A DNA stretch of 64,000 bases from Thermodesulfobacteriota bacterium. GTDB lineage: Bacteria > Desulfobacterota > Desulfobulbia > Desulfobulbales > SURF-16. Where the stretch lies: contig JBFMAY010000002.1 of NCBI GenBank assembly GCA_040755455.1, positions 151,556 through 215,555 on the forward strand. Direction: 5' to 3'. A model generated the notes under the pieces. The model searched no databases. It was not told where the DNA came from and worked only from the letters and a program-made list of their open reading frames with translations. This document shows, piece after piece, positions 1 through 9,503 of this stretch. A program made the translations under genes and the position numbers. The first letter of the stretch is position 1. Every line of letters begins with the position of its first letter.

Positions 1-827
1 ACGGAGATGAGCACGGGAATCAGCCAGCTTGAGATGGCGTTCAGGTTGTCGGCCGAGCCGAGAGAGACCGGCGGGGCCGTCCACCATTGATAGAGCACCC
101 CGCCGGCAAAGGCGGCGATAAGCAGCCAGATGAAGATCCGGCCGCCTCTGCCCGGGGGCATGAGGTCGGCATGCTCCTCGCCGTTTCGCTCTTCTTCGCC
201 GTCGGCTTTTTCATAGGGCGCGGCCTGCACCAGCTCATGCCTGCCGGCCAGCATCTTGGCCATGACGATGGCCACAAAGGTGGAACAGAGGGTGGCGACC
301 AGGGTCGGGACCAGCACGGCGGCCGGACTGGCGGCATTGGCCGCGGCCCGCACCGTGATCACCCCCAGGGGGAGCAGGGTGACGCTTGAGGTGTTGATGG
401 CCAGGAAAAGACACATGGCATTGGTGGCCGTGCCCTTTTCCGGCGAGAGCTTGTCAAGTTCCTGCATGGCCTTGATGCCCATGGGCGTGGCCGCATTGCC
501 CAGGCCGAGGGCATTGGCCGCCATGTTCATGATCATGGCGCTCATGGCCGGATGATCAGGGGGCACATCCGGAAAAAGACGCACCATGACGGGCCGCACC
601 CAGCCGGCGACGATTTTCATCAGGCCGCCGGCCTCGGCGACCTTCATGATGCCGAGCCACAGGGCCATGGGCCCCATGAGGCCGATGGCCAGGGTGACCG
701 CCCCTTTTGCCGATTCAAAAGAGGCCTTGGTGACTTCATCCATCCTGCCGGTATAGGCGGCGGTCACGGTGGCGATGAGCACCATGGAAAGCCATATGAT
801 GTTGATGGCTGAGGGTTTCTGCTTCAT
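1..827 (-). CDS. SpmA(-SpmB) nucleoside-recognition (Gate) domain membrane protein, partial; runs off the left edge
   Basis: Not in the ORF track (no stop in window). Manual translation from ATG 827: MKQKPSAINIIWLSMV...GPMALWLGIMKVAEAGG...RLFPDVPPDHPAMSAMIMNMAANALGLGNAATPMGIKAMQEL...MCLFLAINTSSVTLLP, the SpmA signature. Confidence 0.9.
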   Translation of the reverse strand, partial: MKQKPSAINIIWLSMVLIATVTAAYTGRMDEVTKASFESAKGAVTLAIGLMGPMALWLGIMKVAEAGGLMKIVAGWVRPVMVRLFPDVPPDHPAMSAMIMNMAANALGLGNAATPMGIKAMQELDKLSPEKGTATNAMCLFLAINTSSVTLLPLGVITVRAAANAASPAAVLVPTLVATLCSTFVAIVMAKMLAGRHELVQAAPYEKADGEEERNGEEHADLMPPGRGGRIFIWLLIAAFAGGVLYQWWTAPPVSLGSADNLNAISSWLIPVLIS

Positions 828-1011
828 GCAGGCGCTCCGGTTTGTTTTTGCCGGGATTTCCCGGCTGCCGCGCACCAGCCGGGCGCAACACCGACGGCGC
901 GGCGGCGGCAGCCGTTTGATTCGTGTGCCATACCATACGCAAAATATCGCCTGACGGCAAACTATTCATGTGGATTTTCAAGAGGAGCGGTACCGTGGGG
1001 GGGGAGAGCAA

Positions 1012-1404
1012 TCAGGTGACGGTGTCCAGCAGCAGCCCGCTCTGGGCGGTGGGGCCGGCGGCGAGCAATTCGTCCACCTTGCCCGTCACGTCAACGGAGC
1101 GGCCGGTCTGGCTGTCAACCAGACGGACGGCAGACAGATCGCCCTCGGAGGAGAGCTCAAATTGGGTTTCAGGCCGGCCCAACTGGTCAAGTTTGTTGTT
1201 GAGTTCGCGGATCTTGGACTCCAGCTCCCGCCGGGTCCTGGTTGTTTCAATGGTCTTCTGGATGGTGGTTTTTTTGAAAATCTCCGTCTGGGCGCCCTGT
1301 TCCTGGGTCACCTGCCTGGAAACCAGAACCTGACTGCTGCGCTCATACTCCCTGGTTCTGCTGAGCTGGCCTGAACTGGATAAGGTAGCATCTATCGCTT
1401 TCAT
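1012..1404 (-). CDS. FlaG-like small protein
   Basis: 130 aa; coiled segment, then QFEL...VRLVDSQTG...GLLLDTVT C-terminus resembling the FlaG family. Confidence 0.55.
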   Translation of the reverse strand: MKAIDATLSSSGQLSRTREYERSSQVLVSRQVTQEQGAQTEIFKKTTIQKTIETTRTRRELESKIRELNNKLDQLGRPETQFELSSEGDLSAVRLVDSQTGRSVDVTGKVDELLAAGPTAQSGLLLDTVT

Positions 1405-1553
1405 ACAGGAGCCTTCACCGATTTTAAATGAGCTTAAGCTTGACCACGCTTGCGCTTTTATCTTATAAAGCCGGGGACAGCCATGTCAACCGATGTTCAT
1501 TTTTAGATTTTAGCCATGAAACCCTGCAAGGTCAATACACCGCCTGGAAAATT

Positions 1554-2111
1554 ATGGAACCCGTCACCCTCATTTTCATAGCCCTGGCCCTGGCCATGGA
1601 CGCCTTTGCCGTGGCCCTGGCCGCCGGCGTGGCCCTTCACCCGGTGAGCAAGAGGCAGCTCTTCCGCCTCGGCTTCCACTTCGGCCTTTTCCAGGGCCTC
1701 ATGCCGATCATCGGCTGGCTGGCCGGTCTCAGCGTGCAGAGCATGATCAGCGCCTATGACCACTGGCTGGCCTTCGGCCTGCTCTTTTTTGTCGGCGGCA
1801 AAATGATCTATGAGGCCTTTGCCGATGACGAGGAAAAAGAGAAAACCGATCCCACCCGGGGCGCCACCATGGTCATGCTCTCCATTGCCACCAGCATCGA
1901 CGCCCTGGCGGTGGGGCTGTCGCTCGCCGTCATCGGCGTCAATATCTGGACCCCGGCCCTGGTCATCGCCGTGACCGCCTCGACCCTGACCGTGGCCGGC
2001 ATGCTGCTGGGCGGCAAAATCGGCATGATCTGGGGCAAACGGGTGGAGGTGCTGGGCGGCCTGCTGCTCATCGGCATCGGCCTGAAAATCCTCGGGGAGC
2101 ACCTGCTGTAG
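1554..2111 (+). CDS. mntP: Manganese efflux pump MntP
   Basis: ALALAMDAFAVA, FGLFQGLMP, YDHWLAF and ATSIDALAVG motifs; start moved to ATG 1554. Confidence 0.93.
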   Translation: MEPVTLIFIALALAMDAFAVALAAGVALHPVSKRQLFRLGFHFGLFQGLMPIIGWLAGLSVQSMISAYDHWLAFGLLFFVGGKMIYEAFADDEEKEKTDPTRGATMVMLSIATSIDALAVGLSLAVIGVNIWTPALVIAVTASTLTVAGMLLGGKIGMIWGKRVEVLGGLLLIGIGLKILGEHLL

Positions 2112-2296
2112 CCTCACCTTGCCGCAGCGGCCCCGGCAACCTGTCGTCATTTGCCAACACCTTGCCGCAAAAGGGCTGGCAGGAAAAAATAGTATTGCGG
2201 TTTCCATGCAAATGATCTTGCACCGGCCCCGCCGACATATTATAAACCATGTGAAAGCGTCCCCCCTTCAAGAATCCCAATCAAAAGGAGTAGAGT

Positions 2297-2704
2297 ATGC
2301 AGCGACGGTTCATGAAATCCATCAGTTTTTTTCTTATCTTTTCCTTCCTGTTGCTTGATTTTACCGTGCAGAAGGCCAAGGCGGAGATGATCGACACCGC
2401 TACCATCGTCACCATGGCCAAGCAGGAAAACAACCGGGCCCGGGTCATGGCCTTTCTGGACCGGCAGGACGTGCAGCTGGCCATGGAGCAGCAGGGTGTT
2501 GTCGCGGATGAGGCCAGGCAGCGGGTTGCCGCCCTGTCCGATAGCGAGATAATGCAGATTGCCAGGGCAATGGACCAGTTGCCCGCCGGCGGTGACGGTA
2601 TAGGCGTGGTAATCGGCGCCGCGGTGCTGATCTTTGTCATCCTGCTCATTACCGACATTGCCGGCCTGACCCACGTCTTTTCCTTCGTCAATCACCGCAG
2701 ATAA
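2297..2704 (+). CDS. PA2779-family exported protein
   Basis: Signal peptide, RVAALSDSEI...LPAGG then hydrophobic tail LLITDIAG; AAGGAG SD; adjacent to a C39-like peptidase. Confidence 0.85.
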   Translation: MQRRFMKSISFFLIFSFLLLDFTVQKAKAEMIDTATIVTMAKQENNRARVMAFLDRQDVQLAMEQQGVVADEARQRVAALSDSEIMQIARAMDQLPAGGDGIGVVIGAAVLIFVILLITDIAGLTHVFSFVNHRR

Positions 2705-2709
2705 CCGCC

Positions 2710-3702
2710 ATGGCCGCCATTCTCCACGCCGGCGGCAGAACGGCTGCCGGCCTGCTGCTTGTCATGTGTCTGCTGGCCCTCTCCGGCTGCGGAGCACTGT
2801 CCCAAAAGCCCGGCCCATGGACCGATGCCGCGCCAGAGCGGGTGGCGATCGCCGATGTGCCGTTCTTTGCCCAGGAGCAGTATCAGTGCGGCCCGGCGGC
2901 CATGGCCATGGCCCTGGGCTGGAGCGGGGTGAAGCTCACCCCTGACGAGCTTGCCCCGGAGGTGTACACCCCGGGCCTGGAGGGCAGCCTGCAGTCCGCC
3001 CTGGTCGGCGCGGCCCGGCGCCATGGGCGGATCGCCTACCCCATCTCCGGCACGGAGGTCCTGCTGACCGAGCTTGCCGCCCAGCACCCGGTCATCGTGC
3101 TGGTCAATCAGAGTTTCGCCTGGTACCCCAAGTGGCATTACGCCGTGGCCATCGGCTACGACCGGCCGGCCGGGGAAATCATCCTCCATTCCGGCGCCAC
3201 GGAGGGTGAACGGCTTTCCCTGCGGGTTTTCAACAATATCTGGCAGCGCGGCGACTATTGGGGGCTGCTGGTCCTGCCGCCCGGCAAGCTGCCGGCCACT
3301 GTCGGCGAGGATGCCTGGCTTGAGGCGGTGCTCGGCCTTGAACGGGCGGGCCGGACCGAGGCCGCGATCATTGCCTTTGAGGCCGCGGTGCAAAAATGGC
3401 CGGCGAATTTCTCCGCCTGGATGGGACTCGGCAACAACCGCTACAAGGCCGATGACATGGCCGCAGCCGCCAAGGCCTTTGAGCAGGCGGTGCGGCTCGA
3501 TCCCAAGTCCGGGCCGGCCCTGAACAATCTGGCCTATGTCCTGTGGACCCTGGGACGGCGCAATGAGGCGCTGAAGTTCGCGCGACAGGCGGTCGCCCTC
3601 GGCGGCCCGCTCCAGGAAAAATTCCAGAAGACCTTGAGCGAAATCGAAAACAACCCCAGCCCATACTCCCAGGAAAAACCCAGGAAAGGCCTGGTCAAAT
3701 AA
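2710..3702 (+). CDS. PA2778-family C39-like cysteine peptidase lipoprotein with TPR repeats
   Basis: Lipobox LALSGC; VPFFAQEQYQCGPAAMAM (Cys) and WHYAVAIGYD (His); C-terminal TPRs (AWMGLGN, ALNNLAY). Confidence 0.88.
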   Translation: MAAILHAGGRTAAGLLLVMCLLALSGCGALSQKPGPWTDAAPERVAIADVPFFAQEQYQCGPAAMAMALGWSGVKLTPDELAPEVYTPGLEGSLQSALVGAARRHGRIAYPISGTEVLLTELAAQHPVIVLVNQSFAWYPKWHYAVAIGYDRPAGEIILHSGATEGERLSLRVFNNIWQRGDYWGLLVLPPGKLPATVGEDAWLEAVLGLERAGRTEAAIIAFEAAVQKWPANFSAWMGLGNNRYKADDMAAAAKAFEQAVRLDPKSGPALNNLAYVLWTLGRRNEALKFARQAVALGGPLQEKFQKTLSEIENNPSPYSQEKPRKGLVK

Positions 3703-3979
3703 GAAGGAGCTGCGCCGCACCGATCAGCTCCTTCTTTCTGGCCAGCGGCATCCTCTTTAACTGATATTCCCGTTTTGCCGCCGCCGAGCGCGATGGGGCC
3801 GGTTCCGCATAGACCAGTTGCACCGGCCGGCGGGAGCGGGTATATCTGGCCCCGCCTTTAAGAGAATTATGTTCCCGGATGCGTCTGGCCAGGTTTCTGG
3901 CAATGCCGGTGTAATAGGTGCCGTCCCGGCAACAGACGATGTAGACATGCCAGCTGTTTTCTTCTTTTTTCATCATCAT
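3695..3979 (-). CDS. GIY-YIG nuclease family protein (UPF0213/YhbQ-like)
   Basis: WHVYIVCCRDGTYYTGIARNLARRIREHN...GARYTR...AAKREYQLK. Confidence 0.9.
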   Translation of the reverse strand: MMMKKEENSWHVYIVCCRDGTYYTGIARNLARRIREHNSLKGGARYTRSRRPVQLVYAEPAPSRSAAAKREYQLKRMPLARKKELIGAAQLLLI

Positions 3980-4077
3980 CACAACGGCCATGGCCCGGCC
4001 ATGCTAATATTTCCGGCGCGGTGAACTCTTGGCACCGGCCAGACCCGCTCCCGGCCCATCGCAGGCGGGATGGCAGA

Positions 4078-4536
4078 TCACTCGGCGAGGCGGGATCTGG
4101 CCTGCAATTTTGCCTCGATCAGCTGCTTATGGGTCAAGCGCAGCAGATTTGCCAGCTTATGGGCAAAATGATCCTCATGGGCCTCAAGCCGGCCGTCCGC
4201 GAAAATGATACGCCACACCGCCTCCATCACCGTCATCTTCTCCGCCTGGCTATAATGCTGATTCATCTGGTTGGTGAATTGCCAGAGGTCAATGGCCTTG
4301 TCCCGTTCCGCGCCGGCAAGGGCGACCAGCTCCTCCACATATTGCGGGGCAAGATTGAATTCAGAGCGGAGGGTATTGATCACATGGGCCATTTCCTCCC
4401 CGGTGCACTCATCGTCAACATGGGCGGCTTCAAGCAGCAGGACAGCCGCGGCAAAATGGATATTGTCTTCCACCCCTTTGCCCCGCCCCTGCCCGGCTGC
4501 TCCGCCGCCGATAATTTTTTTTATAAGCGCAAACAT
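4078..4536 (-). CDS. TerB-family protein
   Basis: AAAVLLLEAAHVD, DLWQFT, WRIIFADG..EAHED. Confidence 0.88.
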   Translation of the reverse strand: MFALIKKIIGGGAAGQGRGKGVEDNIHFAAAVLLLEAAHVDDECTGEEMAHVINTLRSEFNLAPQYVEELVALAGAERDKAIDLWQFTNQMNQHYSQAEKMTVMEAVWRIIFADGRLEAHEDHFAHKLANLLRLTHKQLIEAKLQARSRLAE

Positions 4537-4700
4537 GCTTCTCCTTTATGGTGCCAGCTGTCCGTCCTGGCCACTGCAAGTCCCGGCCGGGGATCCGGCC
4601 CGCAGGGATATTTTTTGCCCATCATGCGTGAAATATTGACAGCAAACAATAATTTTGCTTGCCTGTAATTATCAATCAACCCATTTGAGGCTCTCAACCT

Positions 4701-4982
4701 ATGACTCTGACCAAAGCGGACTTAATCAGTAAAATTCACATGTCCCACAATTTATCCAAGACCCGGGCCGGGGAAATTGTGGAAACATTTCTTGCAATCA
4801 GCAAAAACTGCCTGGCCGGCGGCGACGATCTCCTGCTCAGCGGCTTCGGCAAATTCCGCGTCAAAGGCAAAAAAGCCAGGCGGGGCCGCAATCCCAAGAC
4901 AGGCGAAGAGATGGTGCTGGAGGCAAGAAGGGTGGTCACCTTTCACCCGTCAGGCCATCTGCGGGACCGGATCAAAGGCTGA
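4701..4982 (+). CDS. ihfA: Integration host factor alpha subunit / HU-IHF family
   Basis: MTLTKADL, SGFGKF, RRGRNPKTGE, ARRVVTF. Confidence 0.85.
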   Translation: MTLTKADLISKIHMSHNLSKTRAGEIVETFLAISKNCLAGGDDLLLSGFGKFRVKGKKARRGRNPKTGEEMVLEARRVVTFHPSGHLRDRIKG

Positions 4983-5010
4983 TCCCCCGACCCTGCTTTC
5001 CGCCCTATTT

Positions 5011-5892
5011 TCACCACAAAAGCCGGCGCTCCGAGGCGAACTCCATCTTTTGCGCCGTGACCGGGTCGCGGAAACGGACCATCTCGGCCAGCAGCTGCAG
5101 GGGCCGGTGGAAATCATCCTCCCCGGCCGGCAGCAGCTCGGGATAATACCGGTCGTTTTCTATCCGGAAGCCCAGGCCGCTCATATGGACCCGCAGCTGA
5201 TGTTTCTTGCCCGTGGCCGGCTGCAGGAGAAAGCGGCCCCGGTTTTCCCTTCTTTCCAGGAGCCTGATCCGTGAGCGGCTGTTCGCCGGGCCAGGGACTG
5301 ACTCCATCCTGAACCACGGGTGGCCAGCCACCAGCCTGTTTTCGACCAGCCAGGCGATATCCGCCGGCTGATGGCCGCATTCGGCCACCGCCTGATATAT
5401 TTTTTCCACCTGACCGTGCATGAAGAGGTCATGGTACAGGCCGCGGGTGCGGGGGTTGGCGGAAAACAGCACAATGCCCGCTGTTTCCCGGTCAATGCGG
5501 TGCAGCGGCACAAGATCAGTATTGCCCGTGCTCTTTTTCAACCGGTGCAGCAGACATTCATTGACATAGGGGCCGGCCGGCACGACGGGCAGGAAATGCG
5601 GTTTGCAGGCCACCAGCAGCTCATCATTGGCAAAGACAATCTTTTCCGCAAGGGGGATGACCGGTTCTTTATCCACCTCCCGGCAGTAGTAAATTTTTTT
5701 GCCGGGAACATAGGGGGTGGCGGCGGTGACGGGCCGGCCGTCACCGTCCAGCATCTTGCCCCCGGCCATGCGCAACTCCCATCTATCCCGCGGTACGCCC
5801 GGAAACCGCAGCAGCAGGAAATCCAGCACGGCAGGATAGGGTTTTGCCGTTGGCGGCAGGGTAACGGTTGAAAAATAGTCACAGAGAACCAT
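5011..5892 (-). CDS. RluA-family RNA pseudouridine synthase
   Basis: CKPHFLPV, HRIDRETAG (catalytic Asp), TGKKHQLRVH; start moved to ATG 5892. Confidence 0.9.
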   Translation of the reverse strand: MVLCDYFSTVTLPPTAKPYPAVLDFLLLRFPGVPRDRWELRMAGGKMLDGDGRPVTAATPYVPGKKIYYCREVDKEPVIPLAEKIVFANDELLVACKPHFLPVVPAGPYVNECLLHRLKKSTGNTDLVPLHRIDRETAGIVLFSANPRTRGLYHDLFMHGQVEKIYQAVAECGHQPADIAWLVENRLVAGHPWFRMESVPGPANSRSRIRLLERRENRGRFLLQPATGKKHQLRVHMSGLGFRIENDRYYPELLPAGEDDFHRPLQLLAEMVRFRDPVTAQKMEFASERRLLW

Positions 5893-6063
5893 CGGCAATC
5901 TTCCGGCGGCAGGGGCTGTCCGGCCTGGTAATATTTTTGAAAACTCGCCCGGCGCTCCGGCGGTTTCCGCAGCACCAACGGGCAAATCCTATTCCCCACC
6001 CGCGGTTTAGGCAAGTTTTTTCTTACCGCAGCCGCCTCACCATGGGGCAATCCAGCAAAGCGG

Positions 6064-6092
6064 TTGAATTACATTGATGTTTTGGCTATACT
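6064..6092 (+). promoter_or_regulatory. Putative sigma70 promoter of the DAC-like gene
   Basis: TTGAAT-N17-TATACT, 87 nt upstream of ATG 6180. Confidence 0.55.
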
Positions 6093-6179
6093 CTGGCCAG
6101 GCGGCAAGGGCGCTCCCGCTCCCTGCCCCGCCAGAGTGAACAATTGATCGTGCAAACTCCGGAGCATCTAGGCAACACC

Positions 6180-7616
6180 ATGCAGGATACCGCATTCACA
6201 CGTCAGTGCATATTCAACGCCCTTGACGGGGTGCAGGACGGTCTTTCCCGTTTTTCCGGCCCCAGCCGGGTTGCCTTGCTCTATGCCATGGGGCCGACGG
6301 ACCCCATCCATGTTGTCGATCCCCAGAACCTGCTGCTGGGACATGAACCCAAACTGCAAGAACTCTTTCTGGACTCGGACGACTGGCGTCTCGGGCCGGC
6401 CAATCCCCTCAGAATAGACGGATTCAAACAGTTTCATCCGGTAAAGAATCTCGAGCTGGCCGGCCTTATTTCCTACGGGGCCCGCTCCAATATCATTTTC
6501 TACCAGATGTGGTTCACCGAGCACCATCCGGACATGTGCTCCATCGGTCCCACCGAATGCTGGCTGGAACATGCGGCCTGGTTGCTCGCCCATGACCTGG
6601 GCACCGACAGCAATCTCTATACCCGCACAACCGGCTATGTCCTGCGCGGCTATGCCACCCATGCCGTGCGGGATTTCATGGTGGATGAAATGAATGTCTT
6701 CCTCGGCTGGGATACCTACATTCGCGTCTACCCCATTCTCGATGCCGTGCTGGGCATCTCGGAAACCAGGGAAGAGGGGGCCTGGCCCAAGGGAGAGCTG
6801 GTCTTTGTCGAACCCCACGCCACCAGGGATATGGACTTCATGATCCAGTTCCCCCACGAGGGACGGCCCATGCTGAGCAATTTCAAACATGTGCGCAAGA
6901 TCCTCCAGGCCGTGGAAAACTCCGACCGCCGACTGATTGCCGACGGCCAGCATATCGTCGGCATTACCACCGCCGCCCTGCCGGCCTTCAATATCATCGC
7001 CGATTTCCGCCGCGGCTACGGCTTTCTCAGCCTGAACGGCAATCCCGTGTGCAGCTTTTTCAACGGCAGCTTCCACTCCACCACCCATAAGGCCAAACTG
7101 GTGCAACTGGAGGAACTGCTGCTGGAAACCCCGCTCGAACTTGCCTGCACCCATCAGCTGTTTCAGATCATCGCCGCCCTGGTGCACAGCGCCGAAACCG
7201 AAAAACACGGCTGCACCCTGGTGCTTGACCTCAACCTCCAGCCCATCGTGATCTCGGGCCAGCGCCTGGAACACCCGCTTGACCTGCGCCAGCCCTCCTT
7301 TCTGGAGCTGGCCAAAGCCCTGGCCAAGGTTGACGGGGCCCTGCACATCGGCACGGATATGCATCTGCACTCCTTTGCCTGTCTGCTTGACGGCCGGACC
7401 GTGCCCGGCGAGGACCGCGCCCGGGGGGCGCGCTACAACTCGGCCCTGCGTTTCAGCTCGGAACACCGGGATATCATCGTTGTCGTGGTGTCCTCCGACC
7501 GGCCGGTCTCCATCATCGAGGAAGGGGTTGAAGTGAGCGCCCAATGCCAGTTGAAACCGGTGGCCCGCTGTTTCGCCTCGCCGCCCGTCCTGGCGGACTG
7601 GCTTGCCGAAAAGTAA
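6180..7616 (+). CDS. DisA_N (diadenylate cyclase-like) domain protein with a long N-terminal region
   Basis: C-terminal KHGCTLV...KVDGALHI...CLLDG...RGARYNSALRF...VVVSSD, the DAC fold motifs (DGA present; RHR appears as RYN). Confidence 0.8.
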   Translation: MQDTAFTRQCIFNALDGVQDGLSRFSGPSRVALLYAMGPTDPIHVVDPQNLLLGHEPKLQELFLDSDDWRLGPANPLRIDGFKQFHPVKNLELAGLISYGARSNIIFYQMWFTEHHPDMCSIGPTECWLEHAAWLLAHDLGTDSNLYTRTTGYVLRGYATHAVRDFMVDEMNVFLGWDTYIRVYPILDAVLGISETREEGAWPKGELVFVEPHATRDMDFMIQFPHEGRPMLSNFKHVRKILQAVENSDRRLIADGQHIVGITTAALPAFNIIADFRRGYGFLSLNGNPVCSFFNGSFHSTTHKAKLVQLEELLLETPLELACTHQLFQIIAALVHSAETEKHGCTLVLDLNLQPIVISGQRLEHPLDLRQPSFLELAKALAKVDGALHIGTDMHLHSFACLLDGRTVPGEDRARGARYNSALRFSSEHRDIIVVVVSSDRPVSIIEEGVEVSAQCQLKPVARCFASPPVLADWLAEK

Positions 7617-7766
7617 GCCTGAAGATACCCACCCGGCCGGCAATGCGGCCGGATTTGCACTTCCTCCTTTTTCCTGCTCCCCTGCAGATACGGCCGGGCA
7701 TAATTGTGTTTGACAAATGATAAGGATTATCTGAACATAAAATAATAATCCATTTCCGCTATTCCG

Positions 7767-7795
7767 CCACCCCGCCCGGGTGGACTTTCTTTTTT
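7767..7795 (+). terminator. Putative intrinsic terminator or attenuator hairpin
   Basis: CCACCC-cgccc-GGGTGG followed by actttctttttt. Confidence 0.45.
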
Positions 7796-8024
7796 GATCT
7801 ATCGTGGCATGAACACCTGGTTTGTCACCCCGCCCTGGGCGGCATGATAAACTTTTCTCCGCCGCAAGGCGAGCATGGACAACCGGCGGCAGCAGGGGCA
7901 CCTAAGGTTTGATGCGCAACACATGCCATTTCCCCCTCTGTGCCGGACCAGCCCATTGCTGGCGGAATGCCCGGAACAGCTGGCCCTTTTTTGCCCATGG
8001 AAAAAACCGTTGCGAGGCATAGAG

Positions 8025-9374
8025 ATGGGAACGCATGACACAAACCGGATATCACGGCGGGACTTTCTGAAAAACACCACGGCCGCCCTGGCCGGCTTAG
8101 CGGCGGCAGCCTATGTCCCGGGCCTGCCCTTTGCCGATGCGGCAGCGGCGGACATTGTTCCGCCGCTGATCACTGTTGAACAAAATCCGGTTATCAAGGT
8201 GCTCCGCTGGGGGGGCTTTCTCAAAAGCGACGAGGATATCTGGCTGGCGAACACCCGGCGCTGGGAGAAGTTGACCGGAGGCCGGGTCATTACCGATATC
8301 GTCCCCTTCAATGACGTGCGGCCCAATGCCGCCATGGAGGAAACGCTTGGCACCGGCCACGATATCGTGGTCGGCTGGTTTGACGACCCCCATCTCTATC
8401 CGGATAAGCTGCTGGATCTGAGCGACCTGGCCGCATACCTGGGCGGCAGGTACGGCGGCTGGTATCCGGTCTGTGAAACTTACGGCCGCAGTGCCCGCAC
8501 CGGACAGTGGATCGCCCTGCCCGTGGGGTGTACCGGCCAGTGCATCAATTACCGCCTGAGCCGGGTCCGCGAGGCCGGGTTTGAAACCATGCCCGCCGAC
8601 ATCCCCGGCTTTCTCAGGTGCTGCAAGGCGCTCAAGGCCAAGGGCCACCCCACCGGCTTTGCCCTGGGCCACGCGGTGGCGGACGGCAACGCCTGGTGCC
8701 ACTGGTGGCTGTGGTCCTTCGGCGGCAAGGCGGTGGAGGCCGACGGCCGGACCGTCGCCATCAACAGCCAGGAAACCCTGCTGGCCCTGGAGACGGCCCG
8801 TGAACTGTTTGACACCATGATCCCCGGGGTGGACACCTGGCTTGACCCCCACAACAACAAGGAATTTCTGGCCGGCAATATTTCGGTTACAAACAACGGC
8901 AGCAGCATCGCCTATGCCGCCCGGCAAAGCCTGCCGGACATTGACGCCGATCTGGCTGTCATCAATTTTCCCACCGGTCCGGCGGCCATTCCGGCCGAAC
9001 TCTCCGCCCTGAGCCAGGCCTTTATTTTCAAACACACTCTCATACCCAACGCGGCCCGGCATTTCCTCCTATTCATGTTTGAGGAAGAGCAGTACGGCAG
9101 CTGGATAAACGGTTCATGTGGGTACATCAGCCAGAGCCTCAAAAAATTCTATGATTTGCCCGGCTGGGAGCAGAATGCCAAAATCACTCCCTACCGGGAA
9201 TGCATCAAGCGCATGCGCTCAAACGGCCATGCCGGCCCGCTGGGCACGGCATCGGCAGCCGCCATGAGTGAATTCATCATCGTCGACATGATCCATGATG
9301 TCTGCACCGGCAATAAGCCCCCCCGCAGCGCTGTCCAGCGGGCGGAAAAAAGGTTCAGCCGGCTGTATGTTTAG
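8025..9374 (+). CDS. Tat-exported extracellular solute-binding protein (SBP family 1, carbohydrate-type), paralog 1
   Basis: Tat motif SRRDFLK; SBP_bac_1-like segments LLDLSDLA, WLWSFGG, FLAGNIS; start moved to ATG 8025. Confidence 0.85.
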   Translation: MGTHDTNRISRRDFLKNTTAALAGLAAAAYVPGLPFADAAAADIVPPLITVEQNPVIKVLRWGGFLKSDEDIWLANTRRWEKLTGGRVITDIVPFNDVRPNAAMEETLGTGHDIVVGWFDDPHLYPDKLLDLSDLAAYLGGRYGGWYPVCETYGRSARTGQWIALPVGCTGQCINYRLSRVREAGFETMPADIPGFLRCCKALKAKGHPTGFALGHAVADGNAWCHWWLWSFGGKAVEADGRTVAINSQETLLALETARELFDTMIPGVDTWLDPHNNKEFLAGNISVTNNGSSIAYAARQSLPDIDADLAVINFPTGPAAIPAELSALSQAFIFKHTLIPNAARHFLLFMFEEEQYGSWINGSCGYISQSLKKFYDLPGWEQNAKITPYRECIKRMRSNGHAGPLGTASAAAMSEFIIVDMIHDVCTGNKPPRSAVQRAEKRFSRLYV

Positions 9375-9503
9375 AAACCGTGCGAGTAAACATTACATTG
9401 CCGGTTATTTCGTTGCAGCCCCTTATGCCGGTCACGGCATGGCAATGCAGCAGTTATTTTTACCCGACGGCTTAGCCGGCAAGAGGAAAATGGAGAACAG
9501 CTG

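Noticed and set aside
1..827. Evidence of sporulation from SpmA/B
   Set aside because: The family is widespread in non-sporulating bacteria and no other sporulation genes are present
1405..1553. yybP-ykoY manganese riboswitch upstream of mntP
   Set aside because: Conserved aptamer motifs not seen in the short divergent spacer
3695..3979. GIY-YIG gene as a homing endonuclease or mobile element
   Set aside because: Stand-alone ~94-aa UPF0213 type with no intron or DNA-binding extension
4078..4536. Tellurite-resistance (ter) operon
   Set aside because: Single TerB-family gene with no other ter genes
6168..7901. 577-aa minus-strand ORF, and similar long antisense ORFs (2692..3720, 9432..10613, 15172..16071, 34986..36257, 36637..38367, 40932..41891)
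   Set aside because: They lie opposite well-supported genes and have no recognisable motifs; typical shadow ORFs of GC-rich codon usage
7840..7935. c-di-GMP-I/cGAMP or c-di-AMP (ydaO) riboswitch
   Set aside because: A GNRA hairpin and CCTAAG are present, but the conserved junction sequences are missing; kept only as a low-interest unknown structure
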